From Labilithrix sp. (lineage in GTDB: Bacteria > Myxococcota_A > Polyangia > Polyangiales > Polyangiaceae): 64,000 nt of DNA. The DNA lies in NCBI GenBank assembly GCA_046351255.1, contig JAXLYU010000005.1, positions 1,274,583-1,338,582 on the forward strand, in the 5' to 3' direction. Shown piece after piece: positions 9,257-19,361 of this stretch. Position 1 is the stretch's first letter. Every line of letters starts with the position of its first letter. Under the pieces are notes generated by a model, which ran no database searches, was not told where the DNA came from, and saw nothing but the letters and a program-made list of their open reading frames with translations. A program made the translations under genes and the position numbers.

Positions 9257-10239
9257 GCAGGAAGAGCGCCGGGAAGATCGAGAAGCTCGTTCGTATCGCC
9301 GTGCTCGTGGCGATGGCGGGCGCGCTCGTGGCCGCGGTCGCGCTGCCGCTCAACGCGAAGGACGCCTCGAAGGTGACGCGCTTCCTCGGGCGATTCCACA
9401 TCCTCGCGCTGCACGTGCCCATCGGCGTGCTCGTCCTCGCGCTGACGGGGGAGGCGGCCACGTTCCTGCGTCGCGGGCGTCGCATCGGCGACGTCGTCGT
9501 CGGCTTCGCGCTGCCGATGCTCGTCCTCACGGGCTTCGCCGCCGTCGTGCTCGGCCTGATGCTCGCGAACGGCGGCCACTACCCGAACAAGCTCGTCGCG
9601 CCGCACCGGAACCTCACCATCATCGGCATCTGCATCGCCGGCGTGGCGCGCTTGCTCTGGTCGAAGCGCCGGACGCGATGGCTTCACCGCGGGCTCCTCG
9701 CGAGCTCCGGCGGCGTCATGATGATCGGCGCGCACTTCGGCGGCTCGATGACCCACGGCGCGGACTACCTCTTCGCGCCGGTCGAGGACAAGCCGGCGCC
9801 GATCGTCGAGGACACGGACGCCGGCGCAGAGCCCGAGGTCATGGCTGGGAAGGACGCGTCCGCCAACGCGGTGGCGGCGACGGAGGCGGGCGCGCCGGCG
9901 GACGCCGCGGTCGTCGCGGATGCAGCGGTCGTCGCCGACGCCGCGCCGCCCGACGCGGGACCGCCGAAGCCCTCGTCGAAGCAGCAGGCGCAGGCGGTCG
10001 TGAATCGAAGGTGCTCGCCCTGCCACACGACGAACATGAAGGGCGGCCTCCGCATGACGGACGTCTCGAAGCCCGGCAAGCGCGGTGTCCTCGTGCCGGG
10101 CAACCCCGAGGCGAGCAGCATGTACACGCGGCTTCTCCTGCCGAAGGACGACGACGATCACATGCCGCCCGAGAACGAAGCGCAGCTGACGCGCGGAGAA
10201 ATCGCGATCATTCGCGCATTTATCGCCGATCAGAAGTAG
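9253..10239 (+). CDS. membrane protein with C-terminal c-type cytochrome-like domain (single CSPCH heme motif)
   Basis: GTG start overlaps the upstream stop (GTGA junction). About five predicted TM helices. C-terminal soluble domain carries a CxxCH motif (RCSPCHTT), resembling a planctomycete-type cytochrome c domain. Confidence 0.6.
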   Translation: MSRKSAGKIEKLVRIAVLVAMAGALVAAVALPLNAKDASKVTRFLGRFHILALHVPIGVLVLALTGEAATFLRRGRRIGDVVVGFALPMLVLTGFAAVVLGLMLANGGHYPNKLVAPHRNLTIIGICIAGVARLLWSKRRTRWLHRGLLASSGGVMMIGAHFGGSMTHGADYLFAPVEDKPAPIVEDTDAGAEPEVMAGKDASANAVAATEAGAPADAAVVADAAVVADAAPPDAGPPKPSSKQQAQAVVNRRCSPCHTTNMKGGLRMTDVSKPGKRGVLVPGNPEASSMYTRLLLPKDDDDHMPPENEAQLTRGEIAIIRAFIADQK

Positions 10240-10287
10240 CCGTGTTTTTGTGCGCAACCGGTCGCACAACCGGTCGATAGGCCGTCC

Positions 10288-11079
10288 ATGACCACGATCT
10301 CACGGGCTCATGCGGACATGGCGCGCTATCCGGTGAACGCGGAGGAGCCGAGCGACGTCTCGGGCCTCCTCACCCAGCAGAGCGACGACCTCGCCGGGAT
10401 GGCGAAGGAGCACGTCCAGGGCCACGAGGAGACCGCGACGCCGTCGACCCGGATGGATCGGATCGCGCAAGGCGTCGCGGCTCGCCAGTACCGCGAGCAG
10501 CTCCAGACCACGAACGGCATCCTCCAGGCCCAAGGCCTCGACGTCGCGCTCGCCGGCCACGATCCGAGCTACCGCGAGGCGATGGCCGCGCCGATCGATC
10601 CGCGCGACCTCCGCTCGGTCGCCGGCCACCACACCGCGGTCGCGCAGGCGTACGAGAAGGAGGTCGTCCACGTGGGCCTCCTCGGCGCGCTCGACCTCCC
10701 CGGCGGCTACAAGGACGTCCGCGCGAACGACTTCAGCGTGCCGCCCGGCTCGGACGCGGCGACGAACGTGACCGCGAAGCTGAAGGCCGATCCGCTGGCG
10801 ATGGCGCGTCTCCAGGCGAAAGCGGATCTCGGCATGGCTGCGGCGCGCGACATGATCCCGACGCTCGAGCGAACCGGGATGTCGCGAGAGGACTTCTTCG
10901 CGTCGAGGCCGGAGGTCGCGCGCGCCTACGCGGAAGATCCGGCGTTCCGCGAGGGCTTCGACGCGTACGTGTATGCCACCAACCACGCGAAGCAGGAGCT
11001 CCCCGCGCTCGACGCGCGGCTCGACCGCGAAGCGATCGAGGATCACCGCGCGCTGGCCTACCTCTCGCTCCCGGCTTGA
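10288..11079 (+). CDS. hypothetical protein
   Basis: Protein-like composition with high GC3. The opposite-strand ORF 10300..11115 is R-rich and rejected. Confidence 0.55.
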   Translation: MTTISRAHADMARYPVNAEEPSDVSGLLTQQSDDLAGMAKEHVQGHEETATPSTRMDRIAQGVAARQYREQLQTTNGILQAQGLDVALAGHDPSYREAMAAPIDPRDLRSVAGHHTAVAQAYEKEVVHVGLLGALDLPGGYKDVRANDFSVPPGSDAATNVTAKLKADPLAMARLQAKADLGMAAARDMIPTLERTGMSREDFFASRPEVARAYAEDPAFREGFDAYVYATNHAKQELPALDARLDREAIEDHRALAYLSLPA

Positions 11080-11121
11080 GGCTATGGTCACCGCGCCAAC
11101 GGGGGCGGGACCCACGAACCA

Positions 11122-13764
11122 ATGTCGAAGCTCGTTTCATCGCTCCTCTTCGCGTCGCTCCTCGTCGTAGCAGCGTGCGGCTCCGACTCCGGCGGCGCGG
11201 CCCCGGCGACGACCGCGGACGAGGTCGACGTGGTCCCTTTCGCGTCGACGAAGATGCTGACGGCCGCGGACCTCGCGTCGCTCCAGCCCGATCGCGAGGA
11301 CGGGAGGCTCGTCTTCGATCGCGCTCCGGCGATCCTCGCCGACGTGGCGCCTGGGACCGTGATGGTCGCGGGCGTGTCGCCGTCGACGCCGCATGGTCTC
11401 TTGCGCATGGTGACCAACGTCGCGCGCTCGGGCGACGTGCTCGCGCTCGACACGGCCGGAGCGCCCCCGCAGCTCGCGTTCAGGAAGCTGCATGCGCGCG
11501 TCGCGCGTCCCGTGTCGCTCGACGACGCCGAGCCGCAGGTGAACGCGTCCATCGAGCCGCTCGCGAACGTGGGGGGGACGTCGGAGCGGAAGCAGCCCGT
11601 GAACGTGATCCTCTTCGACGGCGACGGGGACAAGGCGACGACGGACGATCAGCTCCGCATCGAGGGCTCGTTCCAGGGCGCGATTCGCTACGACCTCTCG
11701 CTCGACGTCGACTGGGGCGCCGTCGACAAGCTGCCGGACGTGGTGCAGAGCTGCCTGACCGCCCTCGCGGACGCGATCCGCGGCAAGAAGAAGCCGAGCT
11801 GCAAGGTCACCGATCTCCTGCCGGAGGTCCGGGTGAAGTTCACGGTCGATCCGAGCGTCGCCGCCGACCTCCACATGGTCGGGCAAGCCTCGCTCGCCTT
11901 CGAGAAGGAGCTCGACATCGCGGTCGTGCCGCTGGCACCGCTCGTGCTCGGCCCCCTCGTGTTCCTGCCGCGGCTCGAGGTGATCGCGAAGGTGGAAGGC
12001 GGCGCGAGCGCGTCCTTCAAGACGGGCGTCGCGGGCCACATGACGCTCACCACCGCCGTCTCCGTCACGTCGAAGACGGCCGGCAACCCGCAGTTCTCGC
12101 CGCCCGCGATCAAGGACAAGGGCTACACCGTCGACGAGCCGGAGGTCGGTCTCCACGCGCATGCGCAGGCGAACGCGGGCGTTCGGCTCACGATGCCGCT
12201 CTACGGAACGGTCGGCCCGTACGCGACCGCAGAGGCGACGATGGCGCTCGAGGCCGATCCGTCGAAGACGCCTTGCTGGTCACTCCGCGCGGGCCTCGAG
12301 AGCGTCATCGGCGTTCGCATCACGACGCCCGCGCTCCCGTTCCTCGGGGCGGTGGAGCTCGTCGACTGGAAGACCGCGCCCTTCAAGGCGATCGACGAGG
12401 TGGTGGCGAGCGGCGCGTGCAAGGATCCGCCGCCGGGTCAGTCGCGTCTCCCTCCGGGCAGCGGCCCGGACGCGCCGGCGCTGCGCGATCCGCTCTTCAC
12501 GCCGTGGTCGCACGTCGAGGAGGGCACCGTCGATACGGCGGCCGCGTCTGGCCCCTCGGTCACGGGCATCGTGTTCTCGGACCTCGTGCGCGCGATCGAC
12601 GGGCGCTGGCTCGTGGCGGGCAGCGACGCGCGCACGCTCGTGAAGATCGACGACGCGGGCAAGCTGATCTGGCGCGCGGGCTACGTCACGGGCGATCCGG
12701 AGACGCCGCTCTCCGTCCTGCGCACGCTGCCGCGACGCGACGCGTCCATCACCGCCCTCGCGCTCGGCGCCACGGGCAGCTCGTTCACGCTCCTCGATCT
12801 GGGCCAGTCGGGCGCGGTGCGGCGCGCCACCTCGTACTCGCTCCCGCTCGACGTCTGCGCCGCCCCCACGCCACGCGTGCTGGCGACGGACGCAGGCACG
12901 GGCCTCCTCGTCATGGGCGAGTGCGCGAGCCAGGGCAAGACGTTCGTGGTGCACGTCGACCGCGGCGGCGCCCTCCTCGACGCGCGCCTCTGGTCGATCG
13001 ACGGCTCGAGCCACTTCGGTCCCACCACCTTCACGCGCACGATGACCGGCCAGCTGGTCCTCGCGGGAGAGGTGAGCGGGGCGGACGGCGACGGCATGTT
13101 CGTCGCGCGCCTCGACGACGCGGCGACGATCACGTCGATCGACGCGTACACCGCGTGCGAGAGCGCGTTCAACCTCTCGCCCACGACCGCGGTGCCCGCG
13201 GAGTCGAACGGCCTCACCGTGGTCGGCGGCAGCTTCGCGCAGTCGCGAGCCTTCGTCGCGCGCCTCCACGAGGACGGCACGGTCGGCTTCGTGACCTATC
13301 CCGGCATCAAGGACGGCGCGTCGCCCGTCTTCGTCGCAGGCAGCATCGCGGAGCTCCCCACCACGGGCTTCGTGATGGGCGTCTCGACGGTGGAGCTGAC
13401 GGCGGACGGCCCAGGCAACGTGCCAGGCATCGCGCTCCTGGGCCTCGACGCGCAGGGCAAGTCGGTGTGGAACCGGCGCTACACGCTCGCCGGTCACTCG
13501 GCGTCGTTCCCCTCGCTCCGTCTGACCACCGACGGCGGCGCGCTCGTCTCGAGCTTCGCCACGACGACGGACCTCGCGAGCGCAGCGACGTGGTCGATGA
13601 AGGCCTTCGCGAAGGACGGCACCGTGAACGACGCCGCCGTCACGTCGACGAGCCTCGCGCTCGACGACGGCCCCGCCGACTGCGCGCTGAAGCGCGGCGC
13701 CCTCGCCCCCAAGGTCGAGGACGTCGCGATCGAGACGACCGCGCTCAGCGTCACCCGACGCTGA
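11122..13764 (+). CDS. large secreted lipoprotein (hypothetical, 880 aa)
   Basis: Lipobox LLVVAAC; long continuous high-GC3 frame. Antisense ORFs 11137..12162 and 12280..13497 look like shadows. Confidence 0.8.
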   Translation: MSKLVSSLLFASLLVVAACGSDSGGAAPATTADEVDVVPFASTKMLTAADLASLQPDREDGRLVFDRAPAILADVAPGTVMVAGVSPSTPHGLLRMVTNVARSGDVLALDTAGAPPQLAFRKLHARVARPVSLDDAEPQVNASIEPLANVGGTSERKQPVNVILFDGDGDKATTDDQLRIEGSFQGAIRYDLSLDVDWGAVDKLPDVVQSCLTALADAIRGKKKPSCKVTDLLPEVRVKFTVDPSVAADLHMVGQASLAFEKELDIAVVPLAPLVLGPLVFLPRLEVIAKVEGGASASFKTGVAGHMTLTTAVSVTSKTAGNPQFSPPAIKDKGYTVDEPEVGLHAHAQANAGVRLTMPLYGTVGPYATAEATMALEADPSKTPCWSLRAGLESVIGVRITTPALPFLGAVELVDWKTAPFKAIDEVVASGACKDPPPGQSRLPPGSGPDAPALRDPLFTPWSHVEEGTVDTAAASGPSVTGIVFSDLVRAIDGRWLVAGSDARTLVKIDDAGKLIWRAGYVTGDPETPLSVLRTLPRRDASITALALGATGSSFTLLDLGQSGAVRRATSYSLPLDVCAAPTPRVLATDAGTGLLVMGECASQGKTFVVHVDRGGALLDARLWSIDGSSHFGPTTFTRTMTGQLVLAGEVSGADGDGMFVARLDDAATITSIDAYTACESAFNLSPTTAVPAESNGLTVVGGSFAQSRAFVARLHEDGTVGFVTYPGIKDGASPVFVAGSIAELPTTGFVMGVSTVELTADGPGNVPGIALLGLDAQGKSVWNRRYTLAGHSASFPSLRLTTDGGALVSSFATTTDLASAATWSMKAFAKDGTVNDAAVTSTSLALDDGPADCALKRGALAPKVEDVAIETTALSVTRR

Positions 13765-13783
13765 GCGTGCGGTCGTCCGAGGA

Positions 13784-14425
13784 TCAGCCGCCCATCTGGG
13801 CGAGGATCGGCAGCGCCTCCTTGAGGACCTTCTGGAACGACGGGCGCTCCATGAGGCGATTCGCGTAGCCGACGACGTTCTTCTTGCCGTCGTACGGGTG
13901 CACCTTCTTGCAGTAGAAGAGGCACGGCGCGGCGGCGCAGTCGGCCATCGAGAAGTCGTCGCCCATCGCCCAGGTCTTGTTCGCCATCTGGGCGTCGAGC
14001 ATCGTGAGCGCCGTCTCGAGCCGCGCGTGCGCCTGCTCGACGCCGAAGGGGTCGTTCTTCCCCGCCGGGCGCATGCCGTCGAAGAAGACCTTCTGCATGG
14101 GGTCGTTGACGTAGCAGTCCATGAAGCGATCGCGGTGGCGCACCTGACGCGCGAGATCCGGATCGTCGGGGATCAGCTTGGTGCCGCCGGGGTGATGCCG
14201 GTCGATGTACTCGATGATGATCGAGGACTCCGGCACCAGCCAGTTGTCCTTGTCCTCCACCGCGAGGAACGGGACCTTGCCGATCGGGTAGATCTTCTCG
14301 TATTCGGCGCGGGCGGCGGGATCCATCAGGTTCACGACCGCGGGCGTGAAGTCGACGTTCTTTTCGTAGAGCGCCATGAGCGCCTTCATCGAGTACGACG
14401 ACACGGGATTGTAATAGAGCTTCAT
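13784..14425 (-). CDS. glutathione S-transferase
   Basis: GST N-terminal thioredoxin-like motifs (MKLYYNPVSSYSMK, IGKVPFL) and a C-terminal helical domain. Start chosen at MKLYY. Confidence 0.85.
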   Translation of the reverse strand: MKLYYNPVSSYSMKALMALYEKNVDFTPAVVNLMDPAARAEYEKIYPIGKVPFLAVEDKDNWLVPESSIIIEYIDRHHPGGTKLIPDDPDLARQVRHRDRFMDCYVNDPMQKVFFDGMRPAGKNDPFGVEQAHARLETALTMLDAQMANKTWAMGDDFSMADCAAAPCLFYCKKVHPYDGKKNVVGYANRLMERPSFQKVLKEALPILAQMGG

Positions 14426-14494
14426 CGAGCGTCCTCCTGTCGAGCCGCGGGCGATGAGACCCGGCGCCGGACAGGAGGTCAACCCACGCCGGGA

Positions 14495-16237
14495 TCACTT
14501 GATGGCGCTCGCGCAGGCCTCGCCGCAGGGGCCCTGGATGCAGGTGCCGATGGCCTCGCTCTTCGAGGCCTCGGGCGTCGCCCCGCACTTGTCGTCGCAG
14601 GCGACATCGACGGAGGCGCAGCTGCTGAGGCACTGGGAGTAGCAGCCCTCGCCCGAGCAGCCGGCGCAGGATTGATGGCACGCGCGGCGGGAGTCGTCGC
14701 ACTTCTGGTAGCAGCGATCGACGGTCTCGACGCACGTGGGATCACAGGCGGTGCACTGGCCACCACACGTCGAGTTGATGCATCGCTCGCACTCGGCGGG
14801 GAGCGTCACCTCGGAGTCGACGAGCTGCAGGACAGCCGAGCAATCGCCCTTGGCGCACGTGTTCTCGGCGATCGAGTAGGGGACGGTGAGCGCCGCGCTC
14901 GTGTCCACGCTGTACGACGTCGTGCCATGACAGTCGGTCGAGACGATGAGCGTGGCCGCACCGATGTCGGGGATCTGCACGACCTGCACGTTGGTCGCGC
15001 CATCGACCACGACCTGATGGATGCGCGAGGGCTGATTGACGGAGAGCGTTCCGTCGCCCTTCGCGATCGCGCCGATGAGGGAGATGAGCGGATCGACGAC
15101 GCTCCGGATCTTCGCGTCGATCGCGGAGGCGAACTCGGACAGCGTGGGGTCCGTGGACGACAGGACCTGTGTCGCGGCGTCGGGCGTCACGCCGGCCGGA
15201 GCGGCGGGCAGAGTGACCGTCTCCTTGGTCTTCGAAGCGACGGTGCCCTCGAGGTGACTCGCGAGTCGATCGAGCGGCTGGAGCGGCACGTTCGTCGCCT
15301 CGCTCACGGCGCTGATGGTGAGGTCGATGACGTTGCCCGCGCGCTCGCTCGCGCCGAGCGCCTGTGCCGCCTGGCTGTAGCCTTGACCGGAGAAGGTCGA
15401 CGCGGACACGGTCGCCTTCACCGCCGTCTTCCCGCACTCGACGCTGCTCTCCGCGACGGCGCGCTGCAGCTTCTCGGCCGGGATGGACTGCACGTCCGGT
15501 GTGTTGTTCGTCTCCGCGAGGCGAAGGTCCTGCTCGATGAGCTTCGCCTTGGCGAGCCGCGCGCCCATGCCGAGCTCGTCGAACGCCTTCTTGGCCTCCG
15601 CCTTCGTCGCGGTCGAGGGTAGGCCGAGCGACTGGTTGATGACGGTGAGGTCGCCGGACGAGGCGGAGTCGATCTTCTCGCCGGTGGGCGCGGTCCGGAT
15701 CTCGACCGCCTTGTGCACGCCCTTCGCGGCGCCGTAGGCCACGATGGCGAGGCCAACGATCACGACCGCGTCGTCGATGCCGAAGATCGCGCTACGAACA
15801 GCCCCCGTCCGGCCGTCGATCGTCCGCGGCCGAAGCGCGAGGACGCCCATGCCGCCGGTGCCGGTGCCGGTGCCCCCCGTCCCGCTCAGCGCCGAGGCGG
15901 TGGCGAGCCACGCGGCGTGCGCGTGGACCGCCGTGGCGAGGGCCTCGGCCTGCGCGCCGCTGACGTCGAGCGGCGGGAGCGCCTTCGTGAGATCGAGCGT
16001 GTAGTTCGCGCTCGCGATCTTGAGCACCTCGAGCTCCGTCGCGTACGCCTCGCTCGCCGCGCGCCCCTCGGCGCTCATGGCGACGGGCCGGACGTCGACC
16101 TTCGTCGGATTCGACGGCGAGCTCCCGCTGCTCGACGACGACGACGACGATGACGAGCCCGAGGAGGATGACGAGCAAGCAACCGCGAGCGTGGCGACGA
16201 CGCCAAACGCGCCCGCGAGGGCATTTCCAAATCGCAT
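14495..16237 (-). CDS. Cys-rich secreted lipoprotein with poly-Ser linker (hypothetical)
   Basis: Internal start at MRFGNALAGAFGVVATLAVAC (lipobox), then poly-Ser encoded by the (GAC/GTC)n repeat. The C-terminal approx 120 aa contain many CxxC/CxC pairs. Confidence 0.75.
   Translation of the reverse strand: MRFGNALAGAFGVVATLAVACSSSSSGSSSSSSSSSSGSSPSNPTKVDVRPVAMSAEGRAASEAYATELEVLKIASANYTLDLTKALPPLDVSGAQAEALATAVHAHAAWLATASALSGTGGTGTGTGGMGVLALRPRTIDGRTGAVRSAIFGIDDAVVIVGLAIVAYGAAKGVHKAVEIRTAPTGEKIDSASSGDLTVINQSLGLPSTATKAEAKKAFDELGMGARLAKAKLIEQDLRLAETNNTPDVQSIPAEKLQRAVAESSVECGKTAVKATVSASTFSGQGYSQAAQALGASERAGNVIDLTISAVSEATNVPLQPLDRLASHLEGTVASKTKETVTLPAAPAGVTPDAATQVLSSTDPTLSEFASAIDAKIRSVVDPLISLIGAIAKGDGTLSVNQPSRIHQVVVDGATNVQVVQIPDIGAATLIVSTDCHGTTSYSVDTSAALTVPYSIAENTCAKGDCSAVLQLVDSEVTLPAECERCINSTCGGQCTACDPTCVETVDRCYQKCDDSRRACHQSCAGCSGEGCYSQCLSSCASVDVACDDKCGATPEASKSEAIGTCIQGPCGEACASAIK
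16132..16170. repeat. (GAC)n-type imperfect trinucleotide repeat encoding poly-Ser in lipoprotein 14495..16237
   Basis: gacgacgacgacgacgatgacgag... (AGC-type Ser codons on the coding strand). Confidence 0.7.
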
Positions 16238-16399
16238 GATCGGCCATTCGAGCAAGGCGAGTACCAGCCTGCCGCACCACGAACATGCGCTCTTTCGCAG
16301 GCGCATCTCGCAGGACCTGCGCCGGCCGGCATGTCCTGCGTACGGCGCTTCGAGGCGGTCCTCATCGACGGGCGACGCCAAGCGGGCTACGAGGTGACG

Positions 16400-17041
16400 A
16401 TGTCGATCATTTTCGCGGCCGCAGGCAGGGATGGTTACGTGGTCGCGAGCGATAGCCGGCGCCACGCGCCCGATTCGACGAGCCTCACCGACGACGCGGA
16501 CCAGACCTTCGAGCTCTGCAGCAAGTACCTCGCGGCGAGCGCCGGTCTCCCCGAGATCGACGGCGTGTCCGTGCGCGATCTCGTCGTCCGCCGTCGCGGC
16601 GAGCGCTCGGAGCTCAACGCTCCGGACCGCATCGCGGACGATCTGGCAGAGCACCTCGTGGGGCTCCTCAACGCGACGAAGTCGGTCGAAGCGGTCGAGC
16701 TCGTCCTCGTCGGCGATCGACGCGGCCCGTCCGGCTTCCGCATCGAGACGAAGAACGACGAGCCGGGAACGTACGCGGCGACGCCGCGCGACCCAGCCAC
16801 CCTCAAGGCTCCGTACCTCACCGCGGGCGACGGCAGCGCGACCAGCGGCGCGCAGCTCGGCGTTCACAAGTTCATGGGCGCGAAGGACCGCACGCGGATG
16901 CTGAAGCAGCTCCCGGAGAACGCGCTCAAGGACTGCGCCCGCCAGACGATCGCGAAGGGCGTGGCGGCCACCACGAAGACGCCGAGCGGCGCCGACGCCT
17001 GCGGTGGCGACCCGCGCGTCCTCTACCGCGTGTATGTGTAG
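16400..17041 (+). CDS. hypothetical protein, possible Ntn-hydrolase/proteasome-beta-like fold
   Basis: N-terminal MSIIFAAAGRDGYVVASDSR resembles the proteasome/HslV N-terminal nucleophile segment (TxIxxGxxGVVxAxDxR). Weak inference only. Confidence 0.55.
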   Translation: MSIIFAAAGRDGYVVASDSRRHAPDSTSLTDDADQTFELCSKYLAASAGLPEIDGVSVRDLVVRRRGERSELNAPDRIADDLAEHLVGLLNATKSVEAVELVLVGDRRGPSGFRIETKNDEPGTYAATPRDPATLKAPYLTAGDGSATSGAQLGVHKFMGAKDRTRMLKQLPENALKDCARQTIAKGVAATTKTPSGADACGGDPRVLYRVYV

Positions 17042-17184
17042 CGTCGTCCCGGCCGCGTCTTGGCGGAGGCGGACCAGCCACGCCGGATGCGTGCATGGTC
17101 AATTCTTCACGGTCGCTCCGATCGAAGAGATCACTACGGACGATCGCGGTCGCGGACCGTATACCGATCTCCATCGGGGGGGCC

Positions 17185-18252
17185 ATGGAGGGGTGTTCGG
17201 CGTTGCTCGCGGCGCTCGCGCTGGCGGTTGGCCATCGGCGCAAGGGCGGCGCTCACGAGCCAAGACCGGGGCGTGCGGATCGCTTCTGGGGCGAGCTCGC
17301 GCTCCAGGACTGGGTCGCGTTCGCGTACCTCCTCCTCCTGCTCGCGTGCTCCATCGCCGGCGACGGGCCACGGCGCACGACCGCGATCACCTACGTGGGG
17401 TTCGATCTCGCGATCTTCTTCGGTGCGCTCGTCGCGGTGCGCGGCGGCTTCGTGTCGGGAGCGACCGCGGCTCTCGTCTATCGCGCGGCGCTCTTCGTCG
17501 CGATCTTCGGCTCGTTCACCCACCTCCAGTATGTCCTGCCTACCGCGCGCTCCGTCGTCGTGGACGGCGAGCTCTACGCGCTCGATCGCGCGCTCTTCGG
17601 CTTCGAGCCGGCGGAGCTGCTCGACCGATGGGTCACGCACGACACCACGGAATGGTTCGCCTTCTTCTACTTCGGCTACTTCCTGCTCCTCGCCGCACAC
17701 ATCGGGGGGTTCATGATGTCGCGACGCATCGGCCTCCTCGCCGAGGTGTCGCTTGGCGTCGTCCTGGTCTTCGCGATCGGACAGCTGCTGTACATTGCCG
17801 TGCCTGGGCATGGGCCGTACATCCACCTGGCGGATCGCTTCGAGCGGCCGCTCGAAGGCGGGTTCTGGTGGTCGCTCGTCAGGTCGACCGTCGACTCCGT
17901 CGATGAGAGCGCCCGCACGGATATCTTTCCGAGCCTCCATACCGCGGCGCCGACCTACCTCGCGCTCTTCTCTTTCCGCCATCGCCGCGAACGACCATTC
18001 CGCTACACGTGGCTGCCGCTCGGTCTCTTCACGTCGCAGATCGTTCTGTCGACGATGTTTCTTCGCTGGCACTACCTCGTCGATGTCGTGGCCGGTCTCG
18101 TGCTCGCGACGACCGTCTCACGCGTCGCGCATCGCCTCGCGACGCGTGAGTCGGCGCGCCGCCTCGCGACGGGGAAGTCTCCGGTGTGGACGCCGATCTG
18201 GGAGCTGCCCGCCGCGCCTGCCGTGCTCGACGTGCCGGTCGTGAAGACGTGA
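17185..18252 (+). CDS. PAP2-family membrane phosphatase / phosphotransferase
   Basis: Multi-TM protein with PSLH and RWHYLVD motifs matching PAP2 signatures C2 and C3. Antisense ORFs 17099..17371 and 17134..18072 rejected. Confidence 0.75.
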   Translation: MEGCSALLAALALAVGHRRKGGAHEPRPGRADRFWGELALQDWVAFAYLLLLLACSIAGDGPRRTTAITYVGFDLAIFFGALVAVRGGFVSGATAALVYRAALFVAIFGSFTHLQYVLPTARSVVVDGELYALDRALFGFEPAELLDRWVTHDTTEWFAFFYFGYFLLLAAHIGGFMMSRRIGLLAEVSLGVVLVFAIGQLLYIAVPGHGPYIHLADRFERPLEGGFWWSLVRSTVDSVDESARTDIFPSLHTAAPTYLALFSFRHRRERPFRYTWLPLGLFTSQIVLSTMFLRWHYLVDVVAGLVLATTVSRVAHRLATRESARRLATGKSPVWTPIWELPAAPAVLDVPVVKT

Positions 18253-18701
18253 CCGACGACGACACGCGTGCGGACATCGTCGTTCTACTGGCCGCGGTCG
18301 CGAGACGTGCGGGTGGCTCGCTCGAGAAGGAAGACGCCGCCGGGGCGCTCCGCGCCTGGCGCGGGCTTCTCGCGGGCCGGTGGTCGCTCGTCGATCAGTT
18401 CGATCGCGCCGGCCGGCGCTTCCTGGTCGCGCGGCCGACGGAGCCGACGGAGCAGGCAGCCGCGGCGCTGTCCGCGCGCGAGCAGCAGGTCGTCGTCTAT
18501 GCATCGCTCGCCCAGTCGAACAAGGCGATCGCCCTCGAGCTCGGGCTCTCCGAGGCCACCGTGTCCGAGCACCTCCACGCAGCGGCACGGAAGCTCGGCG
18601 TCCGCTCGCGCCTGGAGCTCGTTCGCCTCTTCGCGATGGCGCAGGTCGAGGTGGTCGACGGCTCAGCGCCCGAAGACCCGAGCCGCGAGCTCGACCCGTG
18701 A
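18249..18701 (+). CDS. LuxR-family HTH transcriptional regulator (small, solo)
   Basis: C-terminal GerE/LuxR HTH (LSAREQQVVVYASLAQSNKAIALELGLSEATVSEHLHAAARKLGV). GTG start overlaps the PAP2 stop (GTGA). Confidence 0.7.
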   Translation: MTDDDTRADIVVLLAAVARRAGGSLEKEDAAGALRAWRGLLAGRWSLVDQFDRAGRRFLVARPTEPTEQAAAALSAREQQVVVYASLAQSNKAIALELGLSEATVSEHLHAAARKLGVRSRLELVRLFAMAQVEVVDGSAPEDPSRELDP

Positions 18702-19007
18702 GGAGACGCGGACCTTCCTGAAGATCGCCGCGATCTGGTTGATGACGGTCCGCTGTGAGGTGCCGCGCTGCCGAGCGATCTCGGCATTGCTCGCTCCGTC
18801 GATGATCAAGCGCGCGACCTCCTGCTCCGACGGCGTGAGCATCGCCGGCCAGGTCGGCAGCGGTAGCGGAAAGGTGAGGAGGATCCGGCTCTCGCCGTTC
18901 CACGCGAGGTACATGACCTCGAGACCGCGCGGCGGCGGCAACAGCGCCGCGTCTTCGGGCGTGATGGGGCGCCGGTGCGACTTCGAGGTGGGGTCATTCG
19001 AGCCCAT
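18663..19007 (-). CDS. LuxR-family HTH transcriptional regulator (small, solo)
   Basis: LTPSEQEVARLIIDGASNAEIARQRGTSQRTVINQIAAIFRKV is a GerE/LuxR HTH. Its 3' end overlaps the convergent LuxR gene by about 39 bp. Confidence 0.7.
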   Translation of the reverse strand: MGSNDPTSKSHRRPITPEDAALLPPPRGLEVMYLAWNGESRILLTFPLPLPTWPAMLTPSEQEVARLIIDGASNAEIARQRGTSQRTVINQIAAIFRKVRVSSRVELAARVFGR

Positions 19008-19010
19008 CGA

Positions 19011-19361
19011 TCAGACCGCCCACGGCCAGCGCACGAGGTCGATGAGCGAAGCCGCGCCCAGTCTTGCGATCGCAGACCGGGCGAGGCCGGAGACGGTGGA
19101 CTGCGAGACGCCCAGCTCGTACGCGATCGCCTTGTTCGATCGACCGCGGCTGACCTGGGCCACGACCACACGCTCGAGCACACCCAGCGGTCGCTCGTGA
19201 GGAACGACGCGCCGCACGAGAAGGAACAGTCGTTGATCGCGATCGAAGCGATGGACGACCGCGGACCGCCCCTCGATCACGTCACTCCAAGCCGCGCGAG
19301 CGCGCTCCTCTGTGAGCATCGTTCCCCCTCCCGTGAAGGTGACGAGCTCAGCAAGAGTCAC
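19011..19361 (-). CDS. LuxR-family HTH transcriptional regulator (small, solo)
   Basis: VAQVSRGRSNKAIAYELGVSQSTVSGLARSAIARLG is a GerE/LuxR HTH. This is the third such gene in a row. Confidence 0.7.
   Translation of the reverse strand: MTLAELVTFTGGGTMLTEERARAAWSDVIEGRSAVVHRFDRDQRLFLLVRRVVPHERPLGVLERVVVAQVSRGRSNKAIAYELGVSQSTVSGLARSAIARLGAASLIDLVRWPWAV

Noticed and set aside
11076-13868. ORF 11076..13868(+) 930 aa and antisense ORFs 11137..12162(-) and 12280..13497(-)
   Set aside because: These are an out-of-frame and antisense to the 880-aa lipoprotein gene, with Arg-rich junk composition.
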